NCBI GenBank assembly: GCA_035945215.1
Contig: DASZAJ010000002.1
Span: forward strand, 133,057-197,056
Direction of reading: 5' to 3'
Source: Thermoplasmata archaeon
Lineage (GTDB): Archaea > Thermoplasmatota > Thermoplasmata > Lutacidiplasmatales > UBA184
Length of the DNA: 64,000 nt
A model generated the notes under the pieces. The model was not told the origin of the DNA. It ran no database searches and worked only from the letters and a program-made list of their open reading frames with translations. Below are positions 46,113 through 55,957 of this stretch, piece after piece; the first letter of the stretch is position 1, and every line of letters starts with the position of its first letter. The translations under genes were made by a program, and so were the position numbers.

Positions 46113-46901
46113 TCAGTTCGCGGGCTCGGATTCGGCCACGAACTCGGAGAACCAGGTGACCCACCGTCGCGGGACCCAGCGGGCGATCGGGAGGTTCATG
46201 ACCCGCACCCCGACGAGCGAGAGGAACATCACCGGGACCGCGCGGGCGATCGGCATGCGAGTGTCCGGATCGTGGGTCCACGTCACGGCCACCTCGGAGA
46301 CCCGGAAGCCGCGCTTGCGGATGTGGTAGAGCAGATCGACGTCGAACGATCGGTTCGTCAGGGCGACGGCGCGCAGGACCGGCAGGACCACGGATCGCCG
46401 GAAGAACTTCGCGCCGAACTGCGTGTCGCGCAGCGGGATGAAGAGCAGGGAGCGCGTCAGGAAGTTCCACGAGCGCCCGGCGATGCGGTTGGCGAGCGGC
46501 TCCTGCCGGATCGCGTGGCTTCCGCGGACCCAGCGCGACGCCACCGCGCAGTCGAACTCGCCGAGGACGTCGACCAGCCGCCCGAGCTCCACCGGAGAGA
46601 TCGGACCGTCGGCATCGAGGTACCCCACGTAGTCGTACTTCACCTCGAGCAGGCCCTTCTGGATCGCCCCGCCTTTGCCGAGCTTGCTCGGGAATTCGAG
46701 GACGCGGACCCCGCGATCCGCGAACGAGCGCGCGACCTCCGCGGTGCGATCGCCGTGCCCATCGACGACGACGATGACCTCGAACGGCGTCCCCCGCGCC
46801 TCCAACGCCGGGATGTGTTTGTTCAGCGTGCGCGCGAGGCGGTCCTCCTCGTTCCACGCGGGGATGACGATGCTGATGCCCGTGTTCCCCTGGGTCTCCA
46901 C
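46113..46901 (-). CDS. Family 2 glycosyltransferase (dolichyl-phosphate mannose/glucose synthase-like)
   Basis: 'ISIVIPAWNEEDRLARTL...VIVVVDGHGDRTAEVA...YVGYLDADGPISPVEL' gives the GT2 DXD/DAD motifs. Confidence 0.75.
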   Translation of the reverse strand: METQGNTGISIVIPAWNEEDRLARTLNKHIPALEARGTPFEVIVVVDGHGDRTAEVARSFADRGVRVLEFPSKLGKGGAIQKGLLEVKYDYVGYLDADGPISPVELGRLVDVLGEFDCAVASRWVRGSHAIRQEPLANRIAGRSWNFLTRSLLFIPLRDTQFGAKFFRRSVVLPVLRAVALTNRSFDVDLLYHIRKRGFRVSEVAVTWTHDPDTRMPIARAVPVMFLSLVGVRVMNLPIARWVPRRWVTWFSEFVAESEPAN

Positions 46902-46935
46902 CGACCGATCCCCCCTCGACTACCGTCTCGGGGTC

Positions 46936-47952
46936 TTAAGTCGAGCCGTGGGCGCGGGGCCCCGTCGCGCTCTCCGCGACACGCGCCCCGAGAGATTCGG
47001 TGGTCGGCGGGGACGGGGAGAGCGATCGCCAGTGATCGAGAATGTCCTTCAAGGTCTGGCGGAACTCGATCCTTGGGGTGAAGCCGAGCTCGCGCAGCTT
47101 GGAAACGTCCCCGAGATGGACCGGTTCGTCCACGGGGCGGACCAGCATTTCATCCCGGACGACGCGCAACGGGCGGGCGGCCATGCCGATCAGGTCCTCG
47201 AGGATGCCGCGCACCTCCCGCGGCTTTCCGCCCCCGATATTGTACGCCTCGCCGGGCGTCCCGCGCTCCACCACGAGGAGCATCGCGCGGACGGCGTCCC
47301 GGACGTCGCAGATGTCCCGCTTCTTGTCGAGGTTGCCCACGCGGATCTCCGGCAGGCCCTCGCCGTGCTCGGCCCGCGCGATCTGGCGGGCGAAATCGTT
47401 GCAGGCGTCGCCGGTCTTGCCCGCGCCCGTGGTCCCGAAGATGCGGTATCGAAAGACCGGGAGCCCGGTCCCGAGAAAGTACTGGAGGCAGAGAAGGTCC
47501 GCGGCCGTCTTGCTGGAAGCGTACGGGGTGCCCGGGGAGAGGGCGGCGGTTTCGGGGGTGGGGACCAGGTCGGGCCGACCATACTCGGTCCCGCTGCCGG
47601 CGAAAGCGAGCGCGGCCCGCGGGGCCACTTGGCGGAGCGCCTCCAAAAGGTGGAGCGTGCCGAGGACGTTGACCTGGTAGGTGTGGGCCGGATCGGCCCA
47701 GGATTGGTCGATGTACGACTGGCCGGCGAAATGGAACACCACATCGGGGCGGACCTCTTCGACCAAGCCCGCGACCGCCGCCCGATCGGTGACATCGACG
47801 GTCCGCCGGCGGAACTCCCGACACCCCGACCATGACGGGCGACCCTCCGGCCGACGGTCAGCCGAGGTGACCTCGACGCCCTGCCCGACCAGCAGGTCGG
47901 CCATGTACGAGCCGAGGAAGCCGGCCCCTCCCGTTACGAGCGCCCTCTCCAA
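46936..47952 (-). CDS. NAD-dependent sugar-nucleotide epimerase/dehydratase (extended SDR)
   Basis: 'MERALVTGGAGFLGSYMADLL' (GxxGxxG), 'YASSKTAADLL' (YxxxK), and 'DVVFHFAGQS'. Confidence 0.75.
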   Translation of the reverse strand: MERALVTGGAGFLGSYMADLLVGQGVEVTSADRRPEGRPSWSGCREFRRRTVDVTDRAAVAGLVEEVRPDVVFHFAGQSYIDQSWADPAHTYQVNVLGTLHLLEALRQVAPRAALAFAGSGTEYGRPDLVPTPETAALSPGTPYASSKTAADLLCLQYFLGTGLPVFRYRIFGTTGAGKTGDACNDFARQIARAEHGEGLPEIRVGNLDKKRDICDVRDAVRAMLLVVERGTPGEAYNIGGGKPREVRGILEDLIGMAARPLRVVRDEMLVRPVDEPVHLGDVSKLRELGFTPRIEFRQTLKDILDHWRSLSPSPPTTESLGARVAESATGPRAHGST

Positions 47953-48171
47953 ACCGTTGGTCCCTCCCCTATCTTCCGTGCGAGCTCGGATACTATCCGT
48001 CCAACCCGTGTATAAAGCCTGCCTTCGTTGACGTGTTACATCGACTCAGACGAGGCCGGGCCGATGTCGCAAGACCGCTCCGCGTCCAAGTTGACGAGAA
48101 CGCCGTACGCGGGCCGGTCCGGGATCGAACTTCGGGACCACCCTCACCAAGTAGCTTCGATCTTCGCGCCG

Positions 48172-49245
48172 CTAGGAGTAGACGAGGTTCATCGGGCCGT
48201 TGAACGGATTCCCGGGCAGGGCGATCGTCAGGTTGAGGGTCCCGTTGTGCGCGCCGGCCACGATCACTGGGGTTTGGACATTCGACAGGGAGAACCCGCT
48301 AGAGTTCGTGGTGACCGCATGGAGCGTGCAGGGGGTCGAGTTGAAATTCGGCAGCTGGAGCGCGAACGCGTCGACGCCGCCGGGCGTGTCATCGAATCCG
48401 GCGTAGGAGACGGGCGTCTTTCCGAGCCCGCAGACGTTGTCGGGGGCCCATACGTCGATCTCGCTGACGTGGACCTTGGGCGGGGGCGACGTGAACACGA
48501 AGATGGCGAGCACCACGATAATGACGACGATCACCGCGACCCCCGCGTAGAGAACCCTCGGACGGATGTGGTGGGAATGCGCTGAGGTGGCTCCGGCCGG
48601 AGCCGTATCCTCCGCCGCGGCCTGGCGGGGATTCGCCTGGATGGCGTCCTCGGCCCGGCGCGCGCCGTGTCGGAAGGCGACGAAAGTGATCAGGAAGGCG
48701 ATCCCGACCGCGATCGCAGCGATCGCGTAGACATTGACGCGTTCCCGGTCGTTGGTCACCATCCCCGCGGCGTCGTGGAATCCCTCGGCGTAGATGCTGA
48801 TGTCCCAGATCTCCGAAAAGACGTTCCAGGCGGCGATGGCGATCGACCCGAAGTTCCGTTCCCGGTAGGCGATGGAGATCGACTGCGCCGTGACGACCAG
48901 GCCGAAGCCGATGATCATGGCGCCGAACACCAGGAAATCGAAACTGACGAGGTAGAGGAACTCCCCGATGGCGAGGTCGCCGAGGCGCAGGGCGAAGAAC
49001 GAGATGACGATGATCAGGACGTAGGAGATCCCCGCGAAGGCGAGAGCGACCCCCGCGACGACCGAGGCCTTCTCGAAGCGATGGCCGGAGAGATTGCGGA
49101 CCAGCCCCCAGGTCGAACCCGAGGCGTACGCATTCCAGAGCGAAAAGACGAAGTCGAGTATCAGTATGGCGACGAGGATCAAGTAGGTCAGGTCCGCCAA
49201 CGCGACTCCTCGACCCGGGCAGCGACGGGGTAGGCGCTTTATCAA
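48172..49245 (-). CDS. Hypothetical polytopic membrane protein with extracellular C-terminal domain
   Basis: About seven N-terminal hydrophobic helices, then 'VHVSEIDVWAPDNVCGLGKTPVSYAGFDDTPGG...' with a Cys pair and NxT sequons. Confidence 0.5.
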   Translation of the reverse strand: MIKRLPRRCPGRGVALADLTYLILVAILILDFVFSLWNAYASGSTWGLVRNLSGHRFEKASVVAGVALAFAGISYVLIIVISFFALRLGDLAIGEFLYLVSFDFLVFGAMIIGFGLVVTAQSISIAYRERNFGSIAIAAWNVFSEIWDISIYAEGFHDAAGMVTNDRERVNVYAIAAIAVGIAFLITFVAFRHGARRAEDAIQANPRQAAAEDTAPAGATSAHSHHIRPRVLYAGVAVIVVIIVVLAIFVFTSPPPKVHVSEIDVWAPDNVCGLGKTPVSYAGFDDTPGGVDAFALQLPNFNSTPCTLHAVTTNSSGFSLSNVQTPVIVAGAHNGTLNLTIALPGNPFNGPMNLVYS

Positions 49246-49405
49246 TCTTAGGTCGCCGCGTGCAAGCCCGACCTACGCGGGCCGCGGGGGGCTCCCTTGG
49301 AGGTGAGAACCTCGCGCTCCCGGGCCGGAATGAATGAGGTGCCGCGCTCGGTCGGGCGGAGGGGGGTGAGCTTCATGAGCGGTAGGGGTGTCGCCCTTAG
49401 GCTCC

Positions 49406-49675
49406 ATGATCGCGGTGCACTTCGATAGCTGGCTCCGAGAATTCGGCCCCCAGGGGGATGAGACAGCCCAGGCCGGCACGGTCGCCGAGCTGTTGGACGT
49501 GCTCGAAGAGCGGCATCCGAGGCTTCGCTTCAAGCTCCGCGACGAGACGGGAGCCCTTCGGAAGTACGTGCGCGTCTTCGTCGATGGCAAGGACGTGAGC
49601 GGTTCGACAGGCGTCGAAGCGCCCCTCACGGGCGCCCGAACGGTAGATATCCTCCACTCGATTGCGGGTGGGTGA
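49406..49675 (+). CDS. MoaD/ThiS-fold small protein ending in Gly-Gly (SAMP/ubiquitin-like sulfur-carrier candidate)
   Basis: 'MIAVHFDSWLREFG...VFVDGKDV...TGVEAPLTGARTVDILHSIAGG*' has the MoaD-like beta-grasp pattern with a C-terminal GG. The track's ATG at 49388 is the alternative start. Confidence 0.6.
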   Translation: MIAVHFDSWLREFGPQGDETAQAGTVAELLDVLEERHPRLRFKLRDETGALRKYVRVFVDGKDVSGSTGVEAPLTGARTVDILHSIAGG

Positions 49676-49688
49676 GGTCGGACAGACC

Positions 49689-50825
49689 ATGGCGGCAGAC
49701 AAGAAGGTAAGGATCCTGCTCGGGACCCGCAAGGGCAGCTACATCGTCGAAAGCGATACGAAGCGCAAGTCGTGGAAGGTCGGGCCCGCGAACCACGCCG
49801 GGAGCGATGTCTACCACGTCGTCGCCGATCCCCGCTATCCGGGGACCCTGTACGCCGCCGTGAACAATGATTTCTGGGGACCGATGCTCCATCGGTCCAA
49901 GAACTGGGGGAAGACCTGGGCGGAGATCGCCACCCCCATGACCCCCCTGAAGAAGGACCGAAAGCCGGCGTTCAACGACGCCGACCCGACCACACCGGTC
50001 CCTCGACCGCTCAATCGGCTCTGGCATATCGAGCCGGGGCCGTCGAGCGAGCCGAAAACGGTCTACCTGGGGGCGGACCCTCACCTCCTCTTCCGGTCCC
50101 GCGACCTCGGGACCAGCTGGGATCCGATCGACGCGATCAACGAGCACCCGGCTCGGAAGGGCTGGTCGCCCGGCGCCGGAGGCGCCTGCCTGCATACGAT
50201 CATCGTCGACCCCCGGGACCCGCGGCAGCTCTACATCGGCATGTCCTCCGTCGGAACGTTCCGATCGGACGATGCCGGGGCGAGCTGGATCCCCACCAAT
50301 CGGGGCGTGGAGACCCCCTTCCTGCCGGAGAAGTTCCCGGAGACCGGCCAATGCGTCCATCACGTCGCGCAGGACGCGGCGAACCCCGACACGTTCTACC
50401 GGCAGGACCACGCGGGCGTGTACATCTCCCGAAACCGCATGGACAGCTGGGTCCGTGTCGGGAAACCCCTCGGCGACGATTTCGGGTTCGGAGTGGCCGC
50501 TCCCTCGAGCCGGCCCGGCACCGCCTATTTCGTCCGCCTCGACGGCCAGGCCCGGGTCACCGGGGAGGGCCACCTTCAGGTCTGGGAGTGGAACGAAGGT
50601 TCCAAGCGTTGGCGTAAGCTGCTGGGGCCGAAGGCGTTCCCCGGGCATTTCGGGGTCCAACGCGAGGGGATCGCCGCCGACAGCCTGGACCCTCCCGGCA
50701 TCTACGTGGGCACGACCACGGGACAACTCATCGTCAGTCCGGACTCGGGAAAGTCGTGGCACGAGGTCCCTTTCACGTTCCCCAGCATACATTCCGTCTC
50801 GGTGAGCTCCCCGAGGGCGAAGTAG
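49689..50825 (+). CDS. BNR/Asp-box repeat beta-propeller protein (Ycf48/sialidase-like), cytoplasmic
   Basis: Asp-boxes 'SKNWGKTW', 'SRDLGTSW', 'SDDAGASW', 'SRNRMDSW', 'SPDSGKSW'. No signal peptide. It starts 14 nt after the MoaD-like stop. Confidence 0.7.
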   Translation: MAADKKVRILLGTRKGSYIVESDTKRKSWKVGPANHAGSDVYHVVADPRYPGTLYAAVNNDFWGPMLHRSKNWGKTWAEIATPMTPLKKDRKPAFNDADPTTPVPRPLNRLWHIEPGPSSEPKTVYLGADPHLLFRSRDLGTSWDPIDAINEHPARKGWSPGAGGACLHTIIVDPRDPRQLYIGMSSVGTFRSDDAGASWIPTNRGVETPFLPEKFPETGQCVHHVAQDAANPDTFYRQDHAGVYISRNRMDSWVRVGKPLGDDFGFGVAAPSSRPGTAYFVRLDGQARVTGEGHLQVWEWNEGSKRWRKLLGPKAFPGHFGVQREGIAADSLDPPGIYVGTTTGQLIVSPDSGKSWHEVPFTFPSIHSVSVSSPRAK

Positions 50826-50988
50826 TCCGGACGCCTCCGCGTCGGGGGCGACCCGTTCGTCCCTCGCTCGAGGGTTCGATCGCCCTCGGGGACCCCCACC
50901 CTGCGGAGATCGGCGAGGCCCCCGACCCCGTGGGACGAGCGATCGGCTCGTGGAATTCGGCCCGCGGGTCGGGTGAGGCACCCAGGAT

Positions 50989-53900
50989 TCAGCCGGTCCC
51001 GCCCCGACGGTCGCGCCCTCTCGCCCAGAGAAGGAGGCCGAGGGCGGCCGCCGCGAGGGCCGCGCCCCCGGCGAGCCCCAGCTCCTGACCGAAGGTCACC
51101 GCTGGGGCGGGTGAGACCGGTCCCCCGCCCCCGGAGGGCCTCGGCGCCGTGAACGTGATGAGCACCGGAGAGGTCGGCCCGGCCACGGACGCGGTCCCCG
51201 AGCTCGTCGAAGCGACGAGTCCGGCGGGGCCTTGGATCCAGAAGCTGTAGGTTCCGTTCGGCTCGTCAAAGACAAGAGTGCCAGCCGTCGAGCTCTTCGT
51301 TACGCCCCCGACCGTTACCTCCCACGAGGCCCCGGCGGTGAGGCCCGCCGCCTCGAAGGTCAGGCCGTAGGTGACCGAGGCGAAGTCGATGCCCACGCCC
51401 GTCCCGGCCCCCGCCACCACAACGGCGCCTTGCCAGCCGGTGGTGAACCCCGGGATCGGTCGGACCGACCAGGCATGGGTCCCGTTGGGCTCCGTGAAGT
51501 CGATCGCGGTGTGCGTACTGCTGAGGGCGGCGCCGTCGACCGAGACGGTCCAGAGCGACCCATTCGGCAAACCCTTCTCGTTGAACGCCACGGCGTAGTT
51601 GGTCTGGAAGAAGGCTAGGCGGATCGTGACGTTCGCGCCGTCGACCGTCAGGCTCCCCGAACCCTGCCCCTGGTAGCCGACCACCCCGCCCACCGACCAG
51701 GAATAGCTACCGTTCGGCACCTCGAATCCGATCGTCGAGGTCGTCGACCGGTTCTGGTTCGACTGAAGGCTGGCGGCCCAGGTGGTCCCGGCCCGTAGGC
51801 CGGTCTCGACGAAGGCCACCCGGTAGACGGCCGTCGTGAAGAGGACCGATACGCTCGCCGGGGAACCCCGGATCGAGACGGTCCCGGAGGTGACGTTGGG
51901 GTACGCTCCTCCGGCGGGTTGCACGCTGAAGGTGTACGTCCCATTGCTCTCCCGGAACCCGATCGTCGTTAGGGTCGAAGAATTCTGAGTCCCCCCGGTC
52001 ACGTTACGCACGGTGACCAGCCAGAGGGTCCCCGGAGGCAGGCCGGTTTCCGAGAAGGTTACGGGGAAGCGCTCGGGGGGGGGAGACGTCACGGTCACAT
52101 TCACGCACTGCGTCAGGCTGGAGCCGTTGAACCGGGCCTGCGCGCACAGCAGACCGCTTTCATCGACATCGCCGGCCTTCAGGGAGATCGGGCTCCCGGT
52201 TCCCGAACTCAACGCGCCGAGCGAGCTGGGGGAGAGCTGCCAGAGTACGGTCGCGTTCGGCAGAACGTTGCCGGCTTGGGCTCGCACGACGGCGTTGAAC
52301 GTCTGGGTTCCGTGGGGTGGAAGCACTATCGAACCCGGCGAAATGGTCAAACTGCCGATCCGTCCGGCACTCGGAACGACATGGACAGCGGAGCAACCGG
52401 TGCGGGTCAGCGTGCCGATCACCACGTTCAGGCAGAGGGTGGTGTTCGCCCAACGCTCCGCACCGATCGTAAGGGTCACGAGAAGGCCGAAGCTCGTATT
52501 CAACGACCCGACCGAGGCATTGGCCAGCGACCACGTATAGCCCACGACGGGGACGGTGGTGGCATTCGCGGGGGTGGCCGACCCTCGAAAGGCGATCTGC
52601 TCGTCCGCTGAGGTTTTCTCAGTCGTGGGGGTAGTGTTCAATCCAGCGATCGAGGGCAACCCGGGAGAATTGAGGACCGACACTGATCCCGCGCTCGGGT
52701 CGAGGACCATCAGGGTTCCGTTGGCCGCGGCCACCACATCCCCCGGATGGACGGCCACGGTAGCGTCCCCCGCCTGCCGCCCCGTCCAGCTCGACACGTA
52801 CGACAGGCTACCGTTCCCCGGCTCGGTGGTCACGATGGCCTGGTTTGCGGGATCGTAGCTGACCCCGGAAGGGTCCGCGCCGAGGGGCGTGGAGCCCGGG
52901 CTCCGATAGGTCGACCCGTCCAGGATGGTGAGATTCGCCGAACCGGAGTTGCTCACATAGAGAAGGTCGTTCGCCGGATCGTACGCCACGTCGGTAGGCA
53001 GGTCGCCTACGGGAAGGGTTCCCACCAGTACCCCGGAACCCGGAAACACGATGGCGACCGCCCGAGCTCCCTCGAGCGCCACGAGCAGATCACCGGTCGT
53101 CGGGTCGAAGGCCATGCCCTCGGGCCGGGGTCCCACGTTGATGATTTGAACGATCTGATCCGAGGATTCGTTCACCACGGCCACCGACGACGCGCGGGGC
53201 AGCGCGACGAACAGCTCACCCATCGAGGGGTCCACCCACAACGGGCCCGAGACGGCGGGCAGGGACGTGTTCCCCAGCGGAGCCAGCGTGGACAGATTGT
53301 ACTTCGAAAGGCCCCCGGCGTTCGCGACCCAAGCGAAGCCCCGTCCCGGGTCGATCCCCACGGAGATCGGGCGGGTCCCAGCAGGCACGGAAGCGAGGAT
53401 CGAGGTGGCGGACGGGGCCAGCTTGTCGAGACGATCGCGCGATGCGTCCGTCACGAGAAGGTCGCCGGACGCGGGGACGATCGCGGCGTCGGAGGGAGCG
53501 TGCCCGACAGGGAGTCGATCGGTCACGATCGAGGACGGCAGCTGGAATTCGGTGAGGTTCAATCCCGCGGTGCTGGAGCTGTCAGAATCGGAGGTGAAGA
53601 GTTCCTGGTTGAAGGGGTCGAGGGCGATCCCGAGGTTCCCGAAGGTCAACGACAAGGAGCCCCCGGGGACGCTCGTGAGGTTCTCGAGGATCGTATTGGA
53701 CGTCGTGTTGATGACGACGACCTTCGTCAGATAATTGCACAGCACGAGCACGTGGTTCGAGGTCGCGTCATACATCGCCTCCAACGGCGCGCCACAGGTG
53801 CGGATCGTAGCGAGGTGGTTCCCGTTCGCGCCGTCCAGAACGGAGATGTTCCCGGACCTGCTATTCGGCACATAGATCTCCCCGTTGGCGGGATCGTAGG

Positions 53901-55698
53901 CGGGGACGCCCGGGGTCGACCCGACGTTGATGTTCGCCACGACGCTGTTCGACACGGTATTGATCACCGTGACCCGGGCGGCGTTCATCTCACTGACGAA
54001 CAAGCGGTTGGTGGCCGGATCGAACGCCTCGAACCCCGTGGACCACTCGGCGGTAAGGATCCCGATGATCCCGATGGTGGTCGATAGGGTGAACCCGGTC
54101 GACGTGGAGTTCAGGACGTAGACATCGTTGGTGATATCGTCGCTGACGTAGGCATTGTGATTGTTGGGGTCGTAGGCCGCCCCCATGGGCCAAGTGTACG
54201 ATCCGGTCGAGACATTCCCCACGTCGGTGTTGGTGGTGGCGTTGATGATGGTGACCTGAGCGTCGTCCTGCCCTGGGACGATGATCAGGTTGGCTTTCGG
54301 GTCAAGGGCGATGCCGGTCGGCGTGCCGCCGGTCTTCAGGACCTTGTCGACGTGATTTCCGGTCGGGTTCAGGACCGCGACCTCGGCCCGGTCCCATATC
54401 GCGGCGTAGAGTCGGGCGTTCGCGGGGTCGAAGGTGAGCCACCCCGCCCCCCAGTAGAACTCCCCGCCCCCGAACCGGTCCAGCATCCGCAACGGCGAAA
54501 GCTGCACCAGGTCGACCACGTCCGCCGAGGTATCGGCGACGAAGGTCTGCGCGTTCGTCCCCGTGGCCAGGAAAGCCGTGGCTCCCGGGGGGGCGGCGAG
54601 CGGTGCCCCGATCGCCATCGTCGTCGCATTGACCATCACGAACGCGCCGGCATCCCGTTCCAGGACCACCACCGACGCGATGCTGGGATCGTACTGCACC
54701 TCCGTGGGGGAGTTCCCGAGCGCGATCGCGACCGGCCGAGCTGGGGTGGTCGAGCCCGCGGCGAGCGCGATCTCGCTCAGGTTCGCCGAACCGAGGTTCG
54801 CTACCAGGGCCGCACCGACGGCCGGATCCCAAGTGACCGAGGCCGGCTGGCTGCCCACATTGATCACTGAGAAGATCCGATAGGTCGTCGCATTGATCAG
54901 GTCGACCACATGGCTCCCGGCGCACGTCACCCAGACGGTGGAGCCTTCCACCATGATGTCCGACGCCCCGGATGCGACAGGGATGGTCCGGAGAAGTTTC
55001 CCCGTGGCGCTCGCGAGGACGGACAGGTTGGAGGACCCTGAATTCGCCACCCAAAGTGCCGCCCGGCTCGGATCGTAAACGATCGCGGCAGGTCGGCTCC
55101 CCACCGTAAAGTTCCGGGAGATCCCGGAGGAAAGATTCACGAAGGTCACCGACCCGGAGCCCTGGTTGGCCACGAACGCCTGTTCTGAGACCGGGTCCGT
55201 CGCCACGGCGCTAGGCGATCGACCGACCGAGTAGTTGGCGATCGGCGATCCGTTACGGAAGACCGAAATCGAGGATGAGTTAGCGTCCGCGACGACGAGA
55301 AGCCGGTGCACCGGATCAAACGCCAGCGCCGCGGGCGCCGATGGGTTTCTTGCATGGAAGTCCCCACGAAGGCTGGAGCCATTGGCGAGCACGAGCGTGT
55401 GCGAGACCTGGCCGGTCGGCGCGGCGGAGGGGGGACCGCTCCCAAGGGGAGTTGCGATGGCGGCCGTGGGACGGTACGGAGCCTGAGCCATCCACCCGAC
55501 GGAAAATGGCGAATCCGGCGATCCGGTCCGGACTGGGAAGCCGCCCGACGACCCCGGCGGACTCGCCCTGGACGAAACGTGGCTGATCGGAATCCAGACG
55601 AGCAGAATCAAGACGGCGAGAGCCATCCATCCGACCGACGACCACCGACGCGGGTCGAAGGAGGGTCGGCCGCCCCTCATAGTGGAATGCGCACCCAC
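50989..55698 (-). CDS. Giant surface protein (1569 aa): signal/TM, YVTN-family beta-propeller repeats, Ig-like region, four 'TGLxxG...NGTYxW' beta-sandwich modules, C-terminal TM
   Basis: N-terminus 'WSSVGWMALAVLILLVWIPISHVSS'. Over 20 repeats of 'LYVANSGSSNLSVL', 'VYVSNSGSANLTILD', 'VYVPNSRSGNISVLD' (YVTN). C-terminal 'FSETGLPPGTLWLVTV', 'FVETGLRAGTTWAASL', 'FNEKGLPNGSLWTVSVDG', 'FEAAGLTAGASWEVTVGGVTKSST'. TM 'LAGGAALAAAALGLLLWARGR'. Confidence 0.75.
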   Translation of the reverse strand: MGAHSTMRGGRPSFDPRRWSSVGWMALAVLILLVWIPISHVSSRASPPGSSGGFPVRTGSPDSPFSVGWMAQAPYRPTAAIATPLGSGPPSAAPTGQVSHTLVLANGSSLRGDFHARNPSAPAALAFDPVHRLLVVADANSSSISVFRNGSPIANYSVGRSPSAVATDPVSEQAFVANQGSGSVTFVNLSSGISRNFTVGSRPAAIVYDPSRAALWVANSGSSNLSVLASATGKLLRTIPVASGASDIMVEGSTVWVTCAGSHVVDLINATTYRIFSVINVGSQPASVTWDPAVGAALVANLGSANLSEIALAAGSTTPARPVAIALGNSPTEVQYDPSIASVVVLERDAGAFVMVNATTMAIGAPLAAPPGATAFLATGTNAQTFVADTSADVVDLVQLSPLRMLDRFGGGEFYWGAGWLTFDPANARLYAAIWDRAEVAVLNPTGNHVDKVLKTGGTPTGIALDPKANLIIVPGQDDAQVTIINATTNTDVGNVSTGSYTWPMGAAYDPNNHNAYVSDDITNDVYVLNSTSTGFTLSTTIGIIGILTAEWSTGFEAFDPATNRLFVSEMNAARVTVINTVSNSVVANINVGSTPGVPAYDPANGEIYVPNSRSGNISVLDGANGNHLATIRTCGAPLEAMYDATSNHVLVLCNYLTKVVVINTTSNTILENLTSVPGGSLSLTFGNLGIALDPFNQELFTSDSDSSSTAGLNLTEFQLPSSIVTDRLPVGHAPSDAAIVPASGDLLVTDASRDRLDKLAPSATSILASVPAGTRPISVGIDPGRGFAWVANAGGLSKYNLSTLAPLGNTSLPAVSGPLWVDPSMGELFVALPRASSVAVVNESSDQIVQIINVGPRPEGMAFDPTTGDLLVALEGARAVAIVFPGSGVLVGTLPVGDLPTDVAYDPANDLLYVSNSGSANLTILDGSTYRSPGSTPLGADPSGVSYDPANQAIVTTEPGNGSLSYVSSWTGRQAGDATVAVHPGDVVAAANGTLMVLDPSAGSVSVLNSPGLPSIAGLNTTPTTEKTSADEQIAFRGSATPANATTVPVVGYTWSLANASVGSLNTSFGLLVTLTIGAERWANTTLCLNVVIGTLTRTGCSAVHVVPSAGRIGSLTISPGSIVLPPHGTQTFNAVVRAQAGNVLPNATVLWQLSPSSLGALSSGTGSPISLKAGDVDESGLLCAQARFNGSSLTQCVNVTVTSPPPERFPVTFSETGLPPGTLWLVTVRNVTGGTQNSSTLTTIGFRESNGTYTFSVQPAGGAYPNVTSGTVSIRGSPASVSVLFTTAVYRVAFVETGLRAGTTWAASLQSNQNRSTTSTIGFEVPNGSYSWSVGGVVGYQGQGSGSLTVDGANVTIRLAFFQTNYAVAFNEKGLPNGSLWTVSVDGAALSSTHTAIDFTEPNGTHAWSVRPIPGFTTGWQGAVVVAGAGTGVGIDFASVTYGLTFEAAGLTAGASWEVTVGGVTKSSTAGTLVFDEPNGTYSFWIQGPAGLVASTSSGTASVAGPTSPVLITFTAPRPSGGGGPVSPAPAVTFGQELGLAGGAALAAAALGLLLWARGRDRRGGTG

Positions 55699-55912
55699 GA
55701 TGACTATTCAGCTTTCCCAACCTTCGGGGGGGGGGCGATATCAAGGGGGCCGCCCGGACCGTGAACGTTTCTCGAGAGTATCTCGAGGGACCCGGTCGTG
55801 GATGACCGCCCGCCGGCGCCGAGATCGTGACACTCTATCAGCCGTCACCTGACTTCGAGCCGAGGGCCTTCGGAACGGATTGAAAGGGGATTTTTCACGA
55901 TTTCCGGCATCG

Positions 55913-55921
55913 TCATATAAT
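55913..55921 (+). promoter_or_regulatory. TATA-box-like 'TCATATAAT' in the divergent promoter region between the two giant surface-protein genes
   Basis: It is 37 nt upstream of ATG 55958, in the AT-richer 180-bp intergenic region 55699-55957. Confidence 0.35.
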
Positions 55922-55957
55922 CCGCCGCGCTGGACCGTCGACTTCTGCGATCCTTAC

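Noticed and set aside
48028-48585. 185-aa plus-strand ORF downstream of a 'GTATAAAG' element
   Set aside because: The translation is Arg/Asp/Gly-rich noise antisense to a convincing polytopic membrane-protein gene (48172-49245). The TATA-like element more plausibly serves the minus-strand epimerase gene starting at 47952.
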